The translations under genes were made by a program, and so were the position numbers. Source: Isosphaeraceae bacterium (lineage in GTDB: Bacteria > Planctomycetota > Planctomycetia > Isosphaerales > Isosphaeraceae). Taken from it: a stretch of 64,000 nt of DNA. The notes under the pieces are model-generated. The model made no database searches. It was given only the letters and a program-made list of their open reading frames with translations, and was not told the DNA's origin. The stretch spans positions 2,893,737-2,957,736 of the forward strand of contig CBDIDH010000002.1 in the NCBI GenBank assembly GCA_965277595.1, in the 5' to 3' direction. Shown piece by piece: positions 7,518 through 18,356 of the stretch. Numbering within the stretch: the first letter of the stretch is position 1; every line of letters starts with the position of its first letter.

Positions 7518-9119
7518 TCAATGGCGGAAATGGCGACGCCCGGTCAGGATCATGGCAAGACCGTGTTCATCACAGGCTTGGAACGTCTCGGCGTCGCGTT
7601 TGGAGCCGCCGGGCTGAATGATGGCGGTCACGCCAGCGGCGGCGGCGGTGTCGGGGCCGTCGCGGAACGGAAAGAAGGCGTCCGAGGCGAGCACAGCGCC
7701 CTGGGCTTTTTCACCAGCCTTGGAAACGGCGATCCGAACCGAGTCCAGCCGACTCATTTGCCCGGCGCCGACGCCGACCAGTTGATTGCCGCGAACCAGA
7801 ACGATCGCGTTCGATCGCACCGACTGACAGACTCGCCAGGCAAAGGCCAGGGCGGAACGTTCCTCAACGGTCGGCGGTCGCTGCGTGGCGACGGTTCCGG
7901 CGGCGGGATCGTCTTCCATCGTGTCCCAGTCCTGAACGAGCAGACCCCCTTCAACCCGCCGGAGGTCAAAGCCAGCCGGTGCCGGGGCTTCGGGACCGAT
8001 CGCGGCTTCCAGGTCCAGTAAACGGACGCTGTTTTTCCAGCTAGGTTTCGTCGTCAGAAGCTGAAAGGCGTTCGGCTCGTATCCCGGCGCGAGGATCGCT
8101 TCGATGAACCGGCCTGGCGTGCAAATCCGCTCCGCCGTGGCCAGGTCCACAACGCGATTCAGGCCGACGATACCGCCAAAGGCACTGACGGGATCACCCT
8201 CGTAGGCCAGCTCAAACGCCTCCGCGAGGCTACCGGCCACCGAGGCACCGCAGGGGTTATTGTGCTTGAGAATCGTCGCGGCCGGCTCGGCGAAGAGGCG
8301 GATCAGGCGCAGAGCGCTATCGAGGTCAAGAAGGTTGTTATACGAAAGTTCCTTGCCGTGGCGGATCTTCGCCGAGGCGAGGTTCGGGCCGGTCGTCGTT
8401 GGCTCAACGTAAAAGGCGGCCCGCTGGTGCGGGTTCTCACCGTATCGAAGGATCGAGCGCCTCGTGAAGGTGGGTGTGAAGGTCGCCGCGAACGCGTCGG
8501 GTTGGGATGCGTGCGACGGAGCGGACTCGCGAGCGAGGTAATCGGCGATTATCCGGTCGTACTGGGCGGTTTTCTCGAAGACGACGGCGGCGAGTCCGCG
8601 TCGAAAACTCTCGGTCGTGCCGCCGAGGGTTTGAAGCTGCTCGATCAGGGCAGGGTACTGGTCGGGGTCGACGACAACGGCGACATGCGCGTGATTCTTC
8701 GCCGCGCCTCGGATCAGGCTGGGGCCGCCGATGTCGATATTCTCGACAGCCTCTTCAAAGGTCACGCCGGGCTTCGCAACCGTCGCCTCGAACGGATAAA
8801 GATTGACGACGACAAGGTCGATCGGCTCAATCGCCTGGTCGCGGAGTGCGTCGAGATCACCGGGGACATCGCGGCGGGCGAGAATGCCGCCGTGGAGCTT
8901 AGGATGCAGGGTCTTGACCCGACCGCCCAGAATCTCGGGCTGGCCGGTGTAGGCGGAGATCTCGGTCACGTCCAGCCCCGCATCGGCGAGCGCGGTGCGC
9001 GTGCCTCCGCTGGCGAGCAGGTGAACTCCTTGCGAGGTGAGGACCCTGGCGAGTTCGATAAGCCCCCGCTTGTCGGAGACACTCAACAAGGCTCGACGGA
9101 TCGTCACCACTGCGTCCAT
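7518..9119 (-). CDS. purH: bifunctional AICAR formyltransferase / IMP cyclohydrolase
   Basis: Full-length match to the PurH pattern ([36 protein letters not shown]-terminal GGSKRD...RHFRH). Confidence 0.95.
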   Translation of the reverse strand: MDAVVTIRRALLSVSDKRGLIELARVLTSQGVHLLASGGTRTALADAGLDVTEISAYTGQPEILGGRVKTLHPKLHGGILARRDVPGDLDALRDQAIEPIDLVVVNLYPFEATVAKPGVTFEEAVENIDIGGPSLIRGAAKNHAHVAVVVDPDQYPALIEQLQTLGGTTESFRRGLAAVVFEKTAQYDRIIADYLARESAPSHASQPDAFAATFTPTFTRRSILRYGENPHQRAAFYVEPTTTGPNLASAKIRHGKELSYNNLLDLDSALRLIRLFAEPAATILKHNNPCGASVAGSLAEAFELAYEGDPVSAFGGIVGLNRVVDLATAERICTPGRFIEAILAPGYEPNAFQLLTTKPSWKNSVRLLDLEAAIGPEAPAPAGFDLRRVEGGLLVQDWDTMEDDPAAGTVATQRPPTVEERSALAFAWRVCQSVRSNAIVLVRGNQLVGVGAGQMSRLDSVRIAVSKAGEKAQGAVLASDAFFPFRDGPDTAAAAGVTAIIQPGGSKRDAETFQACDEHGLAMILTGRRHFRH

Positions 9120-9275
9120 TCGACTCGTCCTTCACTCCGGCCCGCACAGGGGCCTTCAAATGCCGATCGTATGAGAGATCCCGGGGAACCCCCCCAGGTG
9201 ATGGCGAAACCCGCCAGCGCCCCTCGCGGAGAGCTGACGGGTTGAATCCGACGTTTGATTGAACGCGTAAGCGTG

Positions 9276-10586
9276 TTATTTCTCAGGCGCGGCATCGGCT
9301 TCAGGTTTTTCCTCGGCGGGAGCGGCTTCGGGTTTCGGAGCGCTGGCAGGCGGAGGAGTGAGCTGGACACCCTCTCGGGGAATTTCACCGAAAGGCAGAG
9401 CTTTCGGGTCGCGCAAGGGAACCGGAAGCGTCTGGCCGATCTCGCGAAGCCCGATGATCATGCCCGATGTCGTCCCAAAATAAAGGCGGTCATTCTGCCG
9501 GTTCGTCCAGGCAAACTCATAGGCCCTCAGGTTCAGCCCGGCCCGTTCATAGGTGGCGCGAGGGTCGGCGATCATCTGTCCGGTGCCACGGTCCACAACA
9601 AAGAGGTCGTTATCCGTGGATTCCAGATAGACCCGCTTCGGGCCGACGCCAAGCAAGCGTCCGCCTCGCGTCGTGTTCGTCCATCGGGGTTTTCCGTTGG
9701 TCGGGTCAACCGACGTCAACTGGCCGTCGGTATTGACGACATAAATGTCGTTGCCGGCGACCATGGGCTCCTGCGTGATGGGCGACCCCGAGGGAAAGGT
9801 CCAGAGAACCTTGGACGTGAAGAGGTCAATCCCGTAGAGGTTGCGATCCGCCGAAGGGGCGATCAAAAGTCGCGTCCCATGCGTGCCTAAACCCTGGCCG
9901 ATCGGGCCTCCGGTCGCGATCCGGTAAAGCATCGTGGATTCTTCCGACATCGCGACATACACCTTGCCGTCGTCGCTGCCGAAGGCCACCATTCTCATCG
10001 CGGGCAGGGGACGGGTCTCAATCGCGCCATTCGCCTGCCAGTTCCAGGCGTCGAGCGGCCTGCTCGAAATGATCGGCTCTTTCTTCTCATTGACCGTCTT
10101 GAGGCCAAAGGCGTAAATCTTGCCATTGGCAAGGCCAACCATCACCCGATCCTCGTCGGCCGCGACCGAGCTACTCGGCAGCGCACCCAGCGGTGCTCGC
10201 CAGATTGTCGAGCCGGTCCGGCGATCGATCGCGTAGAGCTTGTCCAGATTGGTGGCGAAGGCGGCGAACGAGTTGGCCGCGACCGGCCGGGCTCGGGCGG
10301 CTCGCGTGCCGAGGCGGTTGGTCCAGAGGGCCTGCCCCGACTCAGCGTCATACGCGTGGAGATAGCCGCGGTCAGTCTGCGCGAAGAGAAGGCCGTCGGA
10401 CATGCTCAGCCCGAGCAACCGCTCCTCGTTCTGCATCGGGACGATCAGCATGAGCTGACGTTCCAGGCCCACCCGCGCCAGGGCTGTCCGCGTCGGCACG
10501 AGATCGCGCGCCAGCGGAACCTGTGCCCTTGCCGGCAAGGCCGTCGCGAGCATCAGCAGAATCCCCAGAATACATCGACGGGACAT
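9276..10586 (-). CDS. PQQ-like beta-propeller repeat protein (BamB-like), exported
   Basis: Signal peptide MSRRCILGILLMLATALPARAQ. Repeated ...G.LYA.D..TG...W strands typical of PQQ/BamB propellers. Pro/Ala/Glu-rich tail. Confidence 0.7.
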   Translation of the reverse strand: MSRRCILGILLMLATALPARAQVPLARDLVPTRTALARVGLERQLMLIVPMQNEERLLGLSMSDGLLFAQTDRGYLHAYDAESGQALWTNRLGTRAARARPVAANSFAAFATNLDKLYAIDRRTGSTIWRAPLGALPSSSVAADEDRVMVGLANGKIYAFGLKTVNEKKEPIISSRPLDAWNWQANGAIETRPLPAMRMVAFGSDDGKVYVAMSEESTMLYRIATGGPIGQGLGTHGTRLLIAPSADRNLYGIDLFTSKVLWTFPSGSPITQEPMVAGNDIYVVNTDGQLTSVDPTNGKPRWTNTTRGGRLLGVGPKRVYLESTDNDLFVVDRGTGQMIADPRATYERAGLNLRAYEFAWTNRQNDRLYFGTTSGMIIGLREIGQTLPVPLRDPKALPFGEIPREGVQLTPPPASAPKPEAAPAEEKPEADAAPEK

Positions 10587-10713
10587 GGCCCGATCCTTTC
10601 AAAGACCCGCACTCAAAAAGGCGCGCGACACGGTGGATCACCCTACTTCCCTATCCGACGTCTGCCCTTCGGTCAAGCAAACGCGGCTGAGATTTTCGGT
10701 TTCTCATCCAGAT

Positions 10714-11742
10714 TTATTCTAGCGCTCTCGGGTCATTCAGGTCGAGGAGGCCGGGTGCATCCTCCGGGTCGTCCGGCTCGGAACCATTGACGAACTCGGG
10801 CATCGGCGGTTCGGGTGCCCCCTTGAGACAGACTGGACAGGCGTCGGCGATCCCTCGATACGGCTCGGCGCAACGCGGACATAGGCCCGCCGCGCGTCGG
10901 AGTGTCGGCAATGAGGCGCGCAGGCTCGCCCCTTCGGGTGTCGCGTCGAGATTTTCGGCCACCCGACCCGCCAACGCAGCGACCTCCGGGCCGACCGACC
11001 CCGCGCGGAGCCTTCGATGAATCAAGAGCATGAACCATTTCGCCAGGTCGCGGTCGAGCGTCTGAAGCGTTTCCAACTCGATCAGCGGTTTCAAGTCATC
11101 GCGAAGATCCAGCACCCGTTCCGGCTCATTGACCCCCCGCGCCGCCTCGATCTTGCCCAGCAATTCCTCGCGAGCGGCTCTCTGCGCCTCAATAAGTTCG
11201 CTGCCGAGGCGACTGGCCTCGGGTTGATCGGGATGAGCATCCTTGAACGCGTTCAGAAGGTTGGCGGCGTCATCCCAGCGACGCTCGCGGATCGCCTCTC
11301 GGATCGTTTCCGATACGTCGGGATCTGGTAAGTGCACAAACTTCGGCTGGCCTGTTGCCTGGGCCGTTTGACTCTCAAGAACCGCGGCGATCCGCTTCAG
11401 GGATTCCGCCTGATTGGTCTGAATCCGCAAAAACAGCGCGAGGGCGCCCAGAAGGCTCGACAACAGCAAGGCCGCGGCAATGGCGCTCAATCCCAGAAAC
11501 AGGACAGGCATCACGGGCCGATCGTTCGTCGCGAAGAGAATGATGAGAATCGAGATCAAAAGCGTCGGAATGACCGCGTAACGCAGGGCCGCGGCCTGGG
11601 CGTCGAGGGAGACGGGAGCCCAAAGGTTGCGAGCCTCGGAATTTTCCGGGGTTTCATGCTCAAGGGACGAACCATCCTTGAGCAACCCGTCATCGCCAGT
11701 GTCCTGTAGCTCGGTCATGATCCTCTCATTATCGCCGGACAT
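10714..11742 (-). CDS. hypothetical membrane protein with C-terminal CxxC...CxxC zinc-ribbon-like motif
   Basis: Two hydrophobic helices, a coiled/charged region, then CPRCAEPYRGIADACPVC. Start uncertain (ATG at 11742 or 11718; the track start 11910 would overlap the rimI-like gene). Confidence 0.5.
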   Translation of the reverse strand: MSGDNERIMTELQDTGDDGLLKDGSSLEHETPENSEARNLWAPVSLDAQAAALRYAVIPTLLISILIILFATNDRPVMPVLFLGLSAIAAALLLSSLLGALALFLRIQTNQAESLKRIAAVLESQTAQATGQPKFVHLPDPDVSETIREAIRERRWDDAANLLNAFKDAHPDQPEASRLGSELIEAQRAAREELLGKIEAARGVNEPERVLDLRDDLKPLIELETLQTLDRDLAKWFMLLIHRRLRAGSVGPEVAALAGRVAENLDATPEGASLRASLPTLRRAAGLCPRCAEPYRGIADACPVCLKGAPEPPMPEFVNGSEPDDPEDAPGLLDLNDPRALE

Positions 11743-11860
11743 CTCCGAAAAATCGAGCAAGCAGGCGACTTCGAAATGCGTCGCGGGCCGCGCGGCGAGG
11801 GCCATCCCTGGTCCCCGCCGCGCGACCCGCTTTATCTTGGCTCGGTTCAACGAGTTCAGG

Positions 11861-12391
11861 TCAGTTCTCGAACTGCTTGGCGATCCGATTGACGGGGACG
11901 TGTTCGTCAAGAACCGATTCGTCGAGCAGGTAGTTCATCAGGTAAGCATCCTCGCCGGTATCGGCGAAGTGTTCGCGGATGACTTCCATCGCTCGAAAGC
12001 CCTGGATGCGGAAGAAGAGCTGCGCGGAGAGGTTCGTCTCGCGGACGCTCAGGGCGATCCGGGTCCGTCGATGGCTCGACAGCTTGCCGACGAGCTTCGC
12101 CAGCATCTGCCGGCCGATCCCGGTCCGTCGAAATTCAGGATGGGTGGCGAAATCGAGGACGTGGAGCTTGTTCTTGTGAAGCTCGTAGATCATGAAACCG
12201 ACAACGCGCTCGCCGTATTCGGCGACCATGCCGATGCAGTTTCGCTGGCGGAGGACGCGGAGAAACTCCTCCTCGCACCAGGGATATTCGAAGCTGGCGT
12301 GCTCGATGGCCAGGACCTCGGGCATGTCGCGGCGAATCATCCAGCGAATATGGACGCGGACCTGAGCCTTGGGCGTCGGGACCGTGCTCAT
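11861..12391 (-). CDS. rimI: GNAT family N-acetyltransferase, RimI-like
   Basis: ATG at 12391, 4 nt after GGAAGGAGG. Contains the acetyl-CoA motif region HPEFRRTGIGRQML and the overall RimI pattern (EYPW..E.F, YELHKNKLHVLDFA). Confidence 0.78.
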   Translation of the reverse strand: MSTVPTPKAQVRVHIRWMIRRDMPEVLAIEHASFEYPWCEEEFLRVLRQRNCIGMVAEYGERVVGFMIYELHKNKLHVLDFATHPEFRRTGIGRQMLAKLVGKLSSHRRTRIALSVRETNLSAQLFFRIQGFRAMEVIREHFADTGEDAYLMNYLLDESVLDEHVPVNRIAKQFEN

Positions 12392-12899
12392 CGAGCCTCC
12401 TTCCATGGAACGGACTCTTGGACGGACGGTGACCATCCCCCGCGAGGGGCGGCCGCAACAATCCTGATACTGGCAAATTCGGAACAGACCCGCTTCAGTC
12501 GAGCACAGCGCGGCGGACTCGAAGACCGGCGGGGAACACCCACGACCTGACCTCAAACCGGGCCGACGATTCCCTTCGGTCCTCTCCCGGTTGATCAAGG
12601 CCCCGGGGTCGTTCCCCCCGGAGCGATGCGGATTCTAGCGAACCCCCTCCCGAATGCCAAGATCGCTTACGAGCTCGCGATGGTCGTCACTGGCTCTCTG
12701 GCATCCCCCATCAAGTCCAACCGATCCGGCTGTCGCGAGTCTCCCCACGCCACCCAGTCACAGAATATCGGCCGCGACGAAATGGATCGTGAGGATTGTA
12801 TCGATATCTCGCGCGACTGGCGTTGGAAGAGTTAACGTCTGACCCGAAGTCCCCGACGAAAGCACGAAGCGGGCGGGCGGATCGGTGCACGCGCTCGAT

Positions 12900-13847
12900 T
12901 CAAAATCGGCCAAACGAATAGGCGCGATTCGCCACGTCAAAATCAAGGTCCGCTAGTCCCACGTTCAGCTTGAGGTCAAGGTACGAGTATTGCTCGACCA
13001 GTTCGGGCGAGGCGCCGGGGAGGCTGGGCCAGTCAAACGCCTCGTAACGGATCGGAAGTCCATGTTCCCGAGAAATGTAGAGGCGGACCACGTGATAAAG
13101 GAAATGAGGCTGGCGGGACGGGTGAACCGTTTCGATCATCGTGCAACCATGAGTGCCGATCCGAACGTTCGGATTGAAGGCGATGACCGATTCCTCGGGC
13201 GTGAGTTCGGCGTCCCAGTGGCGAATGACCGTCTCGATCAGAGCGCCGAGACCGGCCTCGGTGATCGGGTGTCGGCATTCTTCCATCGCCATCTCGCCTA
13301 TTGGGTCGAGAGCCATCGTTCCGGCGAGAAATTTACCGATTCCCATGTCGTGGGCCATGACCTTGCCACCGTTTTGACCGGCGACGTAAATGGCCTCACG
13401 CCCCTTGTCGGGTGTTCGAAACTTGAAATAGATGCTCGCCGGATCTTTACGCGCTTTCATGTCCATGATGTGCGCGTGCAAGAGCTTGCCGTCCACTCGC
13501 TCGCGTTTCTGAAAGGTGCAGGTATAGTCGCGCACGCCTTCATATTTGATCCGGCAATCCGCAATCGCCCTCTTGGCCCTGGAGACCGAATCAACCACGG
13601 CCTTCTCGGTCGTCAATGGCGAGGTGGATGTCGTGGTACGGGTCGCGACCCGGGGCGTCTTGGCCTCAACCAGGCCCGACTCGGCCCGAGGGGCCAATGA
13701 TCCAACTCCCGAGAATGTCAGGCCGGCGACGGTCGAGGCCACCCAGAGCACCGAACGGTTCCCGCGATGAGTCATCCAGCCCAACGGGGGCGAAGCCTCG
13801 TTCTTCGTTCCGCGGAAATCGACCGGGGTCCGCGAGGCAATCGCCAT
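12900..13847 (-). CDS. DUF1571-like exported protein
   Basis: My recollection of the DUF1571 family pattern (YTCTFQKRERVDGKL...IYFKF...GREAIYV...). A signal-peptide-like segment starts at the alternative ATG 13775. Confidence 0.5.
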   Translation of the reverse strand: MAIASRTPVDFRGTKNEASPPLGWMTHRGNRSVLWVASTVAGLTFSGVGSLAPRAESGLVEAKTPRVATRTTTSTSPLTTEKAVVDSVSRAKRAIADCRIKYEGVRDYTCTFQKRERVDGKLLHAHIMDMKARKDPASIYFKFRTPDKGREAIYVAGQNGGKVMAHDMGIGKFLAGTMALDPIGEMAMEECRHPITEAGLGALIETVIRHWDAELTPEESVIAFNPNVRIGTHGCTMIETVHPSRQPHFLYHVVRLYISREHGLPIRYEAFDWPSLPGASPELVEQYSYLDLKLNVGLADLDFDVANRAYSFGRF

Positions 13848-14271
13848 GGCAAATCCTTTTTTGACGCCCGACCTTACCTTAAGATTCAGGTCGAGCGGAC
13901 GCGTCAGGCGTGATGGCCATCCCCTTCGGAATGACTCGTTGGGAAAAATGCGATCAATTCGATGCTCTGGACCTTCGTCAAAAAATTCCAGGGCAACCGA
14001 ACGGCTCGAAACTCCTCGGAGACCCTTGGAAATCGGGTTCTGGAGCGAGCATGCAAGAGAGGTCCGGGATCGGGCTGAAGCGTTCCAGCCCGGGACGCTG
14101 ACCGTCGCCCGGCATTGTATAGCAACTCACAGGCCAATAAACTGGATGGGCGATTTTGTCAATCTTGCAGAAGAGATGGGTCAAGGCGAACAACGGTAGG
14201 GGTCGGGGGACCTCATCTTTTGTTATCTTTACACGTCAGACACGCGCGATTTTACAAGAATTGAGAGCAGT

Positions 14272-14949
14272 ATGTCCGTTGCTCAGTTTACGATCGAACC
14301 CGTTCAATCGGCCCCCTTCGCCGAGATGTCGTACATCATCTGGATCGTCGGCCGCGACGAGGCCCTGGTGATTGATCCCGGGTTTGACGTTCCCGCAATC
14401 CTCGACGTCTTGAAACGCGAGCGCTTGCGTCCCGTCGGGATCTTGAACACGCACGGCCACGTGGACCACATTGCCGGCAACGCCTCGTTGAAGCAACTCT
14501 TTCCCGAGGCTCCGCTGGTCATCGGCCGCAACGAGGCTCACCTTCTGACCGACGCCGAGGCGAACCTGAGCGCCCCGTTCGGCAGTCCGGTCGCCAGTCC
14601 CGAGGCCGATCGGCTCGTTGATGACGGAGAGCGCCTGGAGTTGGCCGGCTTGACCTTCGAGGTCCGCGAGATTCCCGGCCATAGCCCTGGATCGGTCGTC
14701 TTCGTCTGCGAGCAGTTCGCCAGTCCGTTTGTGTTCGGAGGGGATGTTCTCTTCTCAGGCTCGGTGGGCCGGACCGATATGGGAGGAAACTCAGCGCAGC
14801 TCTTCGCGGGAATTCGCGCGAAGCTTTTCAACCTTCCCGACGGCACGATCATCTTCCCCGGTCACGGCCCGCCCACGACGATCGGCACCGAGAAGGTGAC
14901 CAATCCGTTTGTCGGGGAACGAAGCCGCAACCTTCGAGGGCCGTCTTGA
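14272..14949 (+). CDS. MBL-fold metallo-hydrolase (glyoxalase II-like)
   Basis: HGHVDHIAGN metal-binding motif, GHSPGS and GDVLFSGSVGRTD, typical of hydroxyacylglutathione hydrolase-like proteins. Confidence 0.85.
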   Translation: MSVAQFTIEPVQSAPFAEMSYIIWIVGRDEALVIDPGFDVPAILDVLKRERLRPVGILNTHGHVDHIAGNASLKQLFPEAPLVIGRNEAHLLTDAEANLSAPFGSPVASPEADRLVDDGERLELAGLTFEVREIPGHSPGSVVFVCEQFASPFVFGGDVLFSGSVGRTDMGGNSAQLFAGIRAKLFNLPDGTIIFPGHGPPTTIGTEKVTNPFVGERSRNLRGPS

Positions 14950-14961
14950 ACTGAGATCGCA

Positions 14962-15666
14962 TCAAGATCGGGTTTTCCTCGACCAGACGATGGCGCCCAC
15001 CGCAAAGGCACCGAAGACGAACAGGGTTCCCGGCTCGGGAACGGGCGAGACCGTCAGCGTTCCGCCGGTAAACCCGTCGCTTGAGAAGGCGTCGGGTGCC
15101 GTGCCCTTTGCATTGAAGAGTGTCGTCAGCCCCCCCGAATAAAGGACGACCCCGGTCGGAAGTCCGAAGTACGAGGCCAGCGTCGGATTGACAACGCTGA
15201 AGAAGGCCCCGCCTTGCTCTTTCAGACCTCCACCATTCAGCGACTGCACATACGACGGGTCGGTGAAATGACCGGTCAAAAGGTCGGAGGTCGTATTGAT
15301 TCCGAGAGAGGGAATCATGCCGCTGAGCGTCAACACTCCTCCGGGAGCGAAGGTCCACTGCGTCGACGATCCGCCTTGAAAATTCCCGGTCGAGAAGTTG
15401 AGTTCGCCCCCGGTGAGGTTCAGCGTCGTGCTCGGCCCGTGCAGAGGGGTGTTCAGTCCCGTCACGGAATTCACGCCGATGTTTTCGCCCACAAGCGGCG
15501 ACTTCCCCCCAGCGTATCCGATCAGACCCGTCGCCGACTGCGGGCCGAGCGTGAAGCCCAGATCCGCCGCATGTGCCCGAGGGGCGGCGACTCGGCCGCT
15601 CAAGAGAACTGTTGCCAGGGCCGCCGCAAGTCGAAACCGTCGCGTCCGATTTGACCAAGTGACCAT
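14962..15666 (-). CDS. PEP-CTERM sorting domain-containing exported protein
   Basis: Signal peptide from the ATG at 15666. C-terminus VSPVPEPGTLFVFGAFAVGAIVWSRKTRS = PEP motif + TM helix + basic tail. Confidence 0.8.
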   Translation of the reverse strand: MVTWSNRTRRFRLAAALATVLLSGRVAAPRAHAADLGFTLGPQSATGLIGYAGGKSPLVGENIGVNSVTGLNTPLHGPSTTLNLTGGELNFSTGNFQGGSSTQWTFAPGGVLTLSGMIPSLGINTTSDLLTGHFTDPSYVQSLNGGGLKEQGGAFFSVVNPTLASYFGLPTGVVLYSGGLTTLFNAKGTAPDAFSSDGFTGGTLTVSPVPEPGTLFVFGAFAVGAIVWSRKTRS

Positions 15667-15966
15667 CGCGCGTAAACTCCCTGGAAAATCCGCGAAGGTC
15701 GTCCGGTCCGAACGGGCGATCCTGATCCTTGACCACACGTCTCTTCAGCCCGGGACGTTTCCCTCGTCGAGACCTAGATTCGGATTCGTTTGACCTTCGA
15801 AATCAGGTTTTCCCCACAACATGGCTCATTCTGCGTAACTTGATGGAAATTCACGAGTTAATGAGATAAGGATTGCCGGTAAAAATGACTTTTCGGGTTG
15901 TGCGGATTGTGAAGCCGGGCCGGCCCTTGATCGGCATTTCACGTTTTGTTCCGGGTGAATCGCGTC

Positions 15967-16689
15967 ATGAAGATCTGGGCAATTAGCGACCTGCATCTTT
16001 CCATGGCCCGGCCCCTGGACCGTGAAAAATTCGCGGGGCGCTGGCGAGATCACGCCGCGAAGGTCGCGCGGGAGTGGCGCCAGGCCGTCGGACCCGAAGA
16101 TCTGGTCCTGATCCCGGGAGATGTCTCGATGGCGAGAAATCATCGCGAGGTTCAGCCCGATCTTGCCTGGCTTGATCGACTACCAGGTTCCAAGGTAATT
16201 TCCGCGGGCAATCATGACGGCTGGTGGAACACCGCCGCGAAGGTTCGGCCAATGCTCCGAAAGTCGCAAATGACGGTCGGTGGCGATGCGATCGCCACGC
16301 ATGGCGTCATCGTCTGCGGAACTCGAGGCGCACCGGTTCCGTCCGACGCTCTCGATCTTCAAGGGCGGAACTCTCTCGATCGAGAACTCAGCGCGCTGGA
16401 CCGAGCCCTGGCCGCCGCGATCGCGCTCCGGCAAGCGGCTGAGCCTCTCTTTGTGCTCTGGCATTTTCCGCCATTCGACCAGCATCAGCGCGCCGGCCCT
16501 TGCGTCGAGCGATTCGAGCGCGCTGGGGTCACCGCGTGCGTTTACGGCCACCTTCATATTGAAAGTCAATGGTCGCTCGCCGTTCAGGGCGAGATGAACG
16601 GCGTTCTCTATGCATGTGTCGCCGCCGACGCGATCGGCTTTCGCCCACTCCATATCTTCAATTCAAGCTCCGGTGACGATCGGACTTGA
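15967..16689 (+). CDS. metallophosphoesterase family protein
   Basis: MKIWAISDLHLS (DxH), LIPGDVS (GD), SAGNHD (GNHD/E), VYGHLH motifs. Confidence 0.78.
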   Translation: MKIWAISDLHLSMARPLDREKFAGRWRDHAAKVAREWRQAVGPEDLVLIPGDVSMARNHREVQPDLAWLDRLPGSKVISAGNHDGWWNTAAKVRPMLRKSQMTVGGDAIATHGVIVCGTRGAPVPSDALDLQGRNSLDRELSALDRALAAAIALRQAAEPLFVLWHFPPFDQHQRAGPCVERFERAGVTACVYGHLHIESQWSLAVQGEMNGVLYACVAADAIGFRPLHIFNSSSGDDRT

Positions 16690-17004
16690 TTTTTATCCAG
16701 GCCCTCCGTGAGATCGCCGACGATTTATTTCGTCCGTATTGGAGTGGTAATTGGCCTTCCCATTTTTACAGAGGAGAGTCGCGAAAGGGCGGCAAGGTTG
16801 ACAATCTGGTCTGGTCAAGCGAGGATGAAAAAATTCGCCAAAAAATTTATAAAACCAATGCCATCCAAGATTTCCACGTTACCACGTATTCGTGTTCAAG
16901 TGGCTGGCATGTAACCTGCTTTTACACAAGGAGAACCCTCAATCCGGAGCGGTCTGACGCTGAGGGACTTGACAACCCGTCCTGACACCTGGTGGGAGCC
17001 TTCC

Positions 17005-17199
17005 ATGTTGGTTTTGAGCAGGAAGCTTGGTGAGAAGATCGTTATCGGAGACAACATCGTCGTCACCGTGGTCAAGATTGACCGCAACCAGATTCGCCTG
17101 GGCATTGAAGCGCCTCACGACATTCCTGTTTATCGTGAAGAAATTTCGCCCAATCGAGCCGGCAAACCCGTTGTCGATCAGGCGGCGTTGAGTCTTTGA
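17005..17199 (+). CDS. csrA: carbon storage regulator CsrA, second copy (64 aa)
   Basis: MLVLSRKLGEKIVIGDNIVVTVVKIDRNQIRLGIEAPHDIPVYREEI. ATG at 17005 after GGGAG. No fliW adjacent. Confidence 0.9.
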   Translation: MLVLSRKLGEKIVIGDNIVVTVVKIDRNQIRLGIEAPHDIPVYREEISPNRAGKPVVDQAALSL

Positions 17200-17220
17200 A
17201 AAGGAATCGCTCGACGTCGA

Positions 17221-18114
17221 TCAGCATGGATCAGACTTGGATGGTGGATTCGGCCATACGGAACGCAAGCTCTCCGCAATACGCGTGACGGATTCTTCGT
17301 TGGAAAGATTGGCCAGGGAATCACAACCTGTCATGGGCTCCGCGGTGACCGGGCCATCATAGCCAGCTAGGGCCAGAACGTGCAGCAGTCGACGCGATTC
17401 GACCGCGCCATGCTCTCCTGGCAGGCCTCGCCTGCTGTCTTGAATAGCGGCTCGATCCACGCCGGCTGAACTTGGTAGATCGGCGAGGTGAACCCAGACG
17501 ATCCGCTCAACGCCCCACGCAAGCCCTGCCTCGATCGATTCGCCCGCCGCATGGAGATGAAAGGCGTCAACCAGAATTCCCAGGTTTGGCGCTTCCTTCC
17601 AGGCTTCCCCCAGAACTCTGTCAAGATCCGCGAGCCGCGTGACAAAGGGCCGTCCACGCCCAGTCCGTGACGAGGCGACGCCGATAACCTCCAGCCCCAG
17701 CCGAATCCCAAAGCCTTCCAGCACCCGGGCCATCTTGCCGATCCGATCCATGTGCAGAAGGGTCGTCGCCTGCACGTCAAGGCTCGGGTCGGTTCCTGGC
17801 GTTTCGGGCATGACCCACGTCCCGGTTCGAACGACTCCGAGAATCGCCGCGGCCTCGGCGTGATACGGAAGGCGATTCAGGCCATTGGCGAACTCGTCGG
17901 CTCCGCCGCGCCAGTTTATGGGCAATGGAAAGGCTCCGCCTCGAAGGCCGAGATCGTCCATTTCCGCTCGAAGTGTTCGCGGGTCGGTCCCGGCGTCCAG
18001 AATGTCGCGTACGAGCAGGTCAACCCCGCCGAATCCGGCCCTGGCGGCAAGATCGATCGCCTGCCTCGCATCGAGATCGAGGCCCGCCGCGCGTGAATTG
18101 AAGCTTGGAAACAT
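17221..18114 (-). CDS. sugar phosphate isomerase/epimerase (xylose isomerase-like TIM barrel)
   Basis: Length and pattern of the AP-endonuclease-2/xylose-isomerase-like TIM barrel family (GFGGVDL..., LGLEVI..., VHLAD). Confidence 0.75.
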   Translation of the reverse strand: MFPSFNSRAAGLDLDARQAIDLAARAGFGGVDLLVRDILDAGTDPRTLRAEMDDLGLRGGAFPLPINWRGGADEFANGLNRLPYHAEAAAILGVVRTGTWVMPETPGTDPSLDVQATTLLHMDRIGKMARVLEGFGIRLGLEVIGVASSRTGRGRPFVTRLADLDRVLGEAWKEAPNLGILVDAFHLHAAGESIEAGLAWGVERIVWVHLADLPSSAGVDRAAIQDSRRGLPGEHGAVESRRLLHVLALAGYDGPVTAEPMTGCDSLANLSNEESVTRIAESLRSVWPNPPSKSDPC

Positions 18115-18356
18115 GAGAGAGAATCCAGTCTGATCCTCAGAACAACAATGCGGCCGGATCGGCCCCGGGTCAGACAGGCTATCGGGTCTTCAGGAACTGG
18201 CCAAGGGGGATAAACCGGGAAATCGGGCGGACCCAGGCCTTGGCGCGATCGGGCGAAACCTTGAGAATCGAGAGCCCGGCTTTGCCGGAAGAGTCCGGGG
18301 GTGGGGGTCTTGCGCCCCTGGACCGGCGGGCACGCGCGGCGAGGCGTTGAATCGAT

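Noticed and set aside
8262-9245. Plus-strand ORF opposite purH, and analogous shadows at 18975..20171, 25635..26501, 27243..28130, 35061..36965, 48383..49309, 50286..51260 and 56889..58061
   Set aside because: Each lies antisense to a gene with a strong family match and has a low-complexity Arg/Gly/Asp composition.
16690-17004. CsrB/RsmZ-like GGA-rich decoy sRNA upstream of csrA2
   Set aside because: I count about seven GGA triplets in 315 nt. That is roughly what base composition predicts by a rough estimate, and they are not arranged in reiterated hairpin loops.
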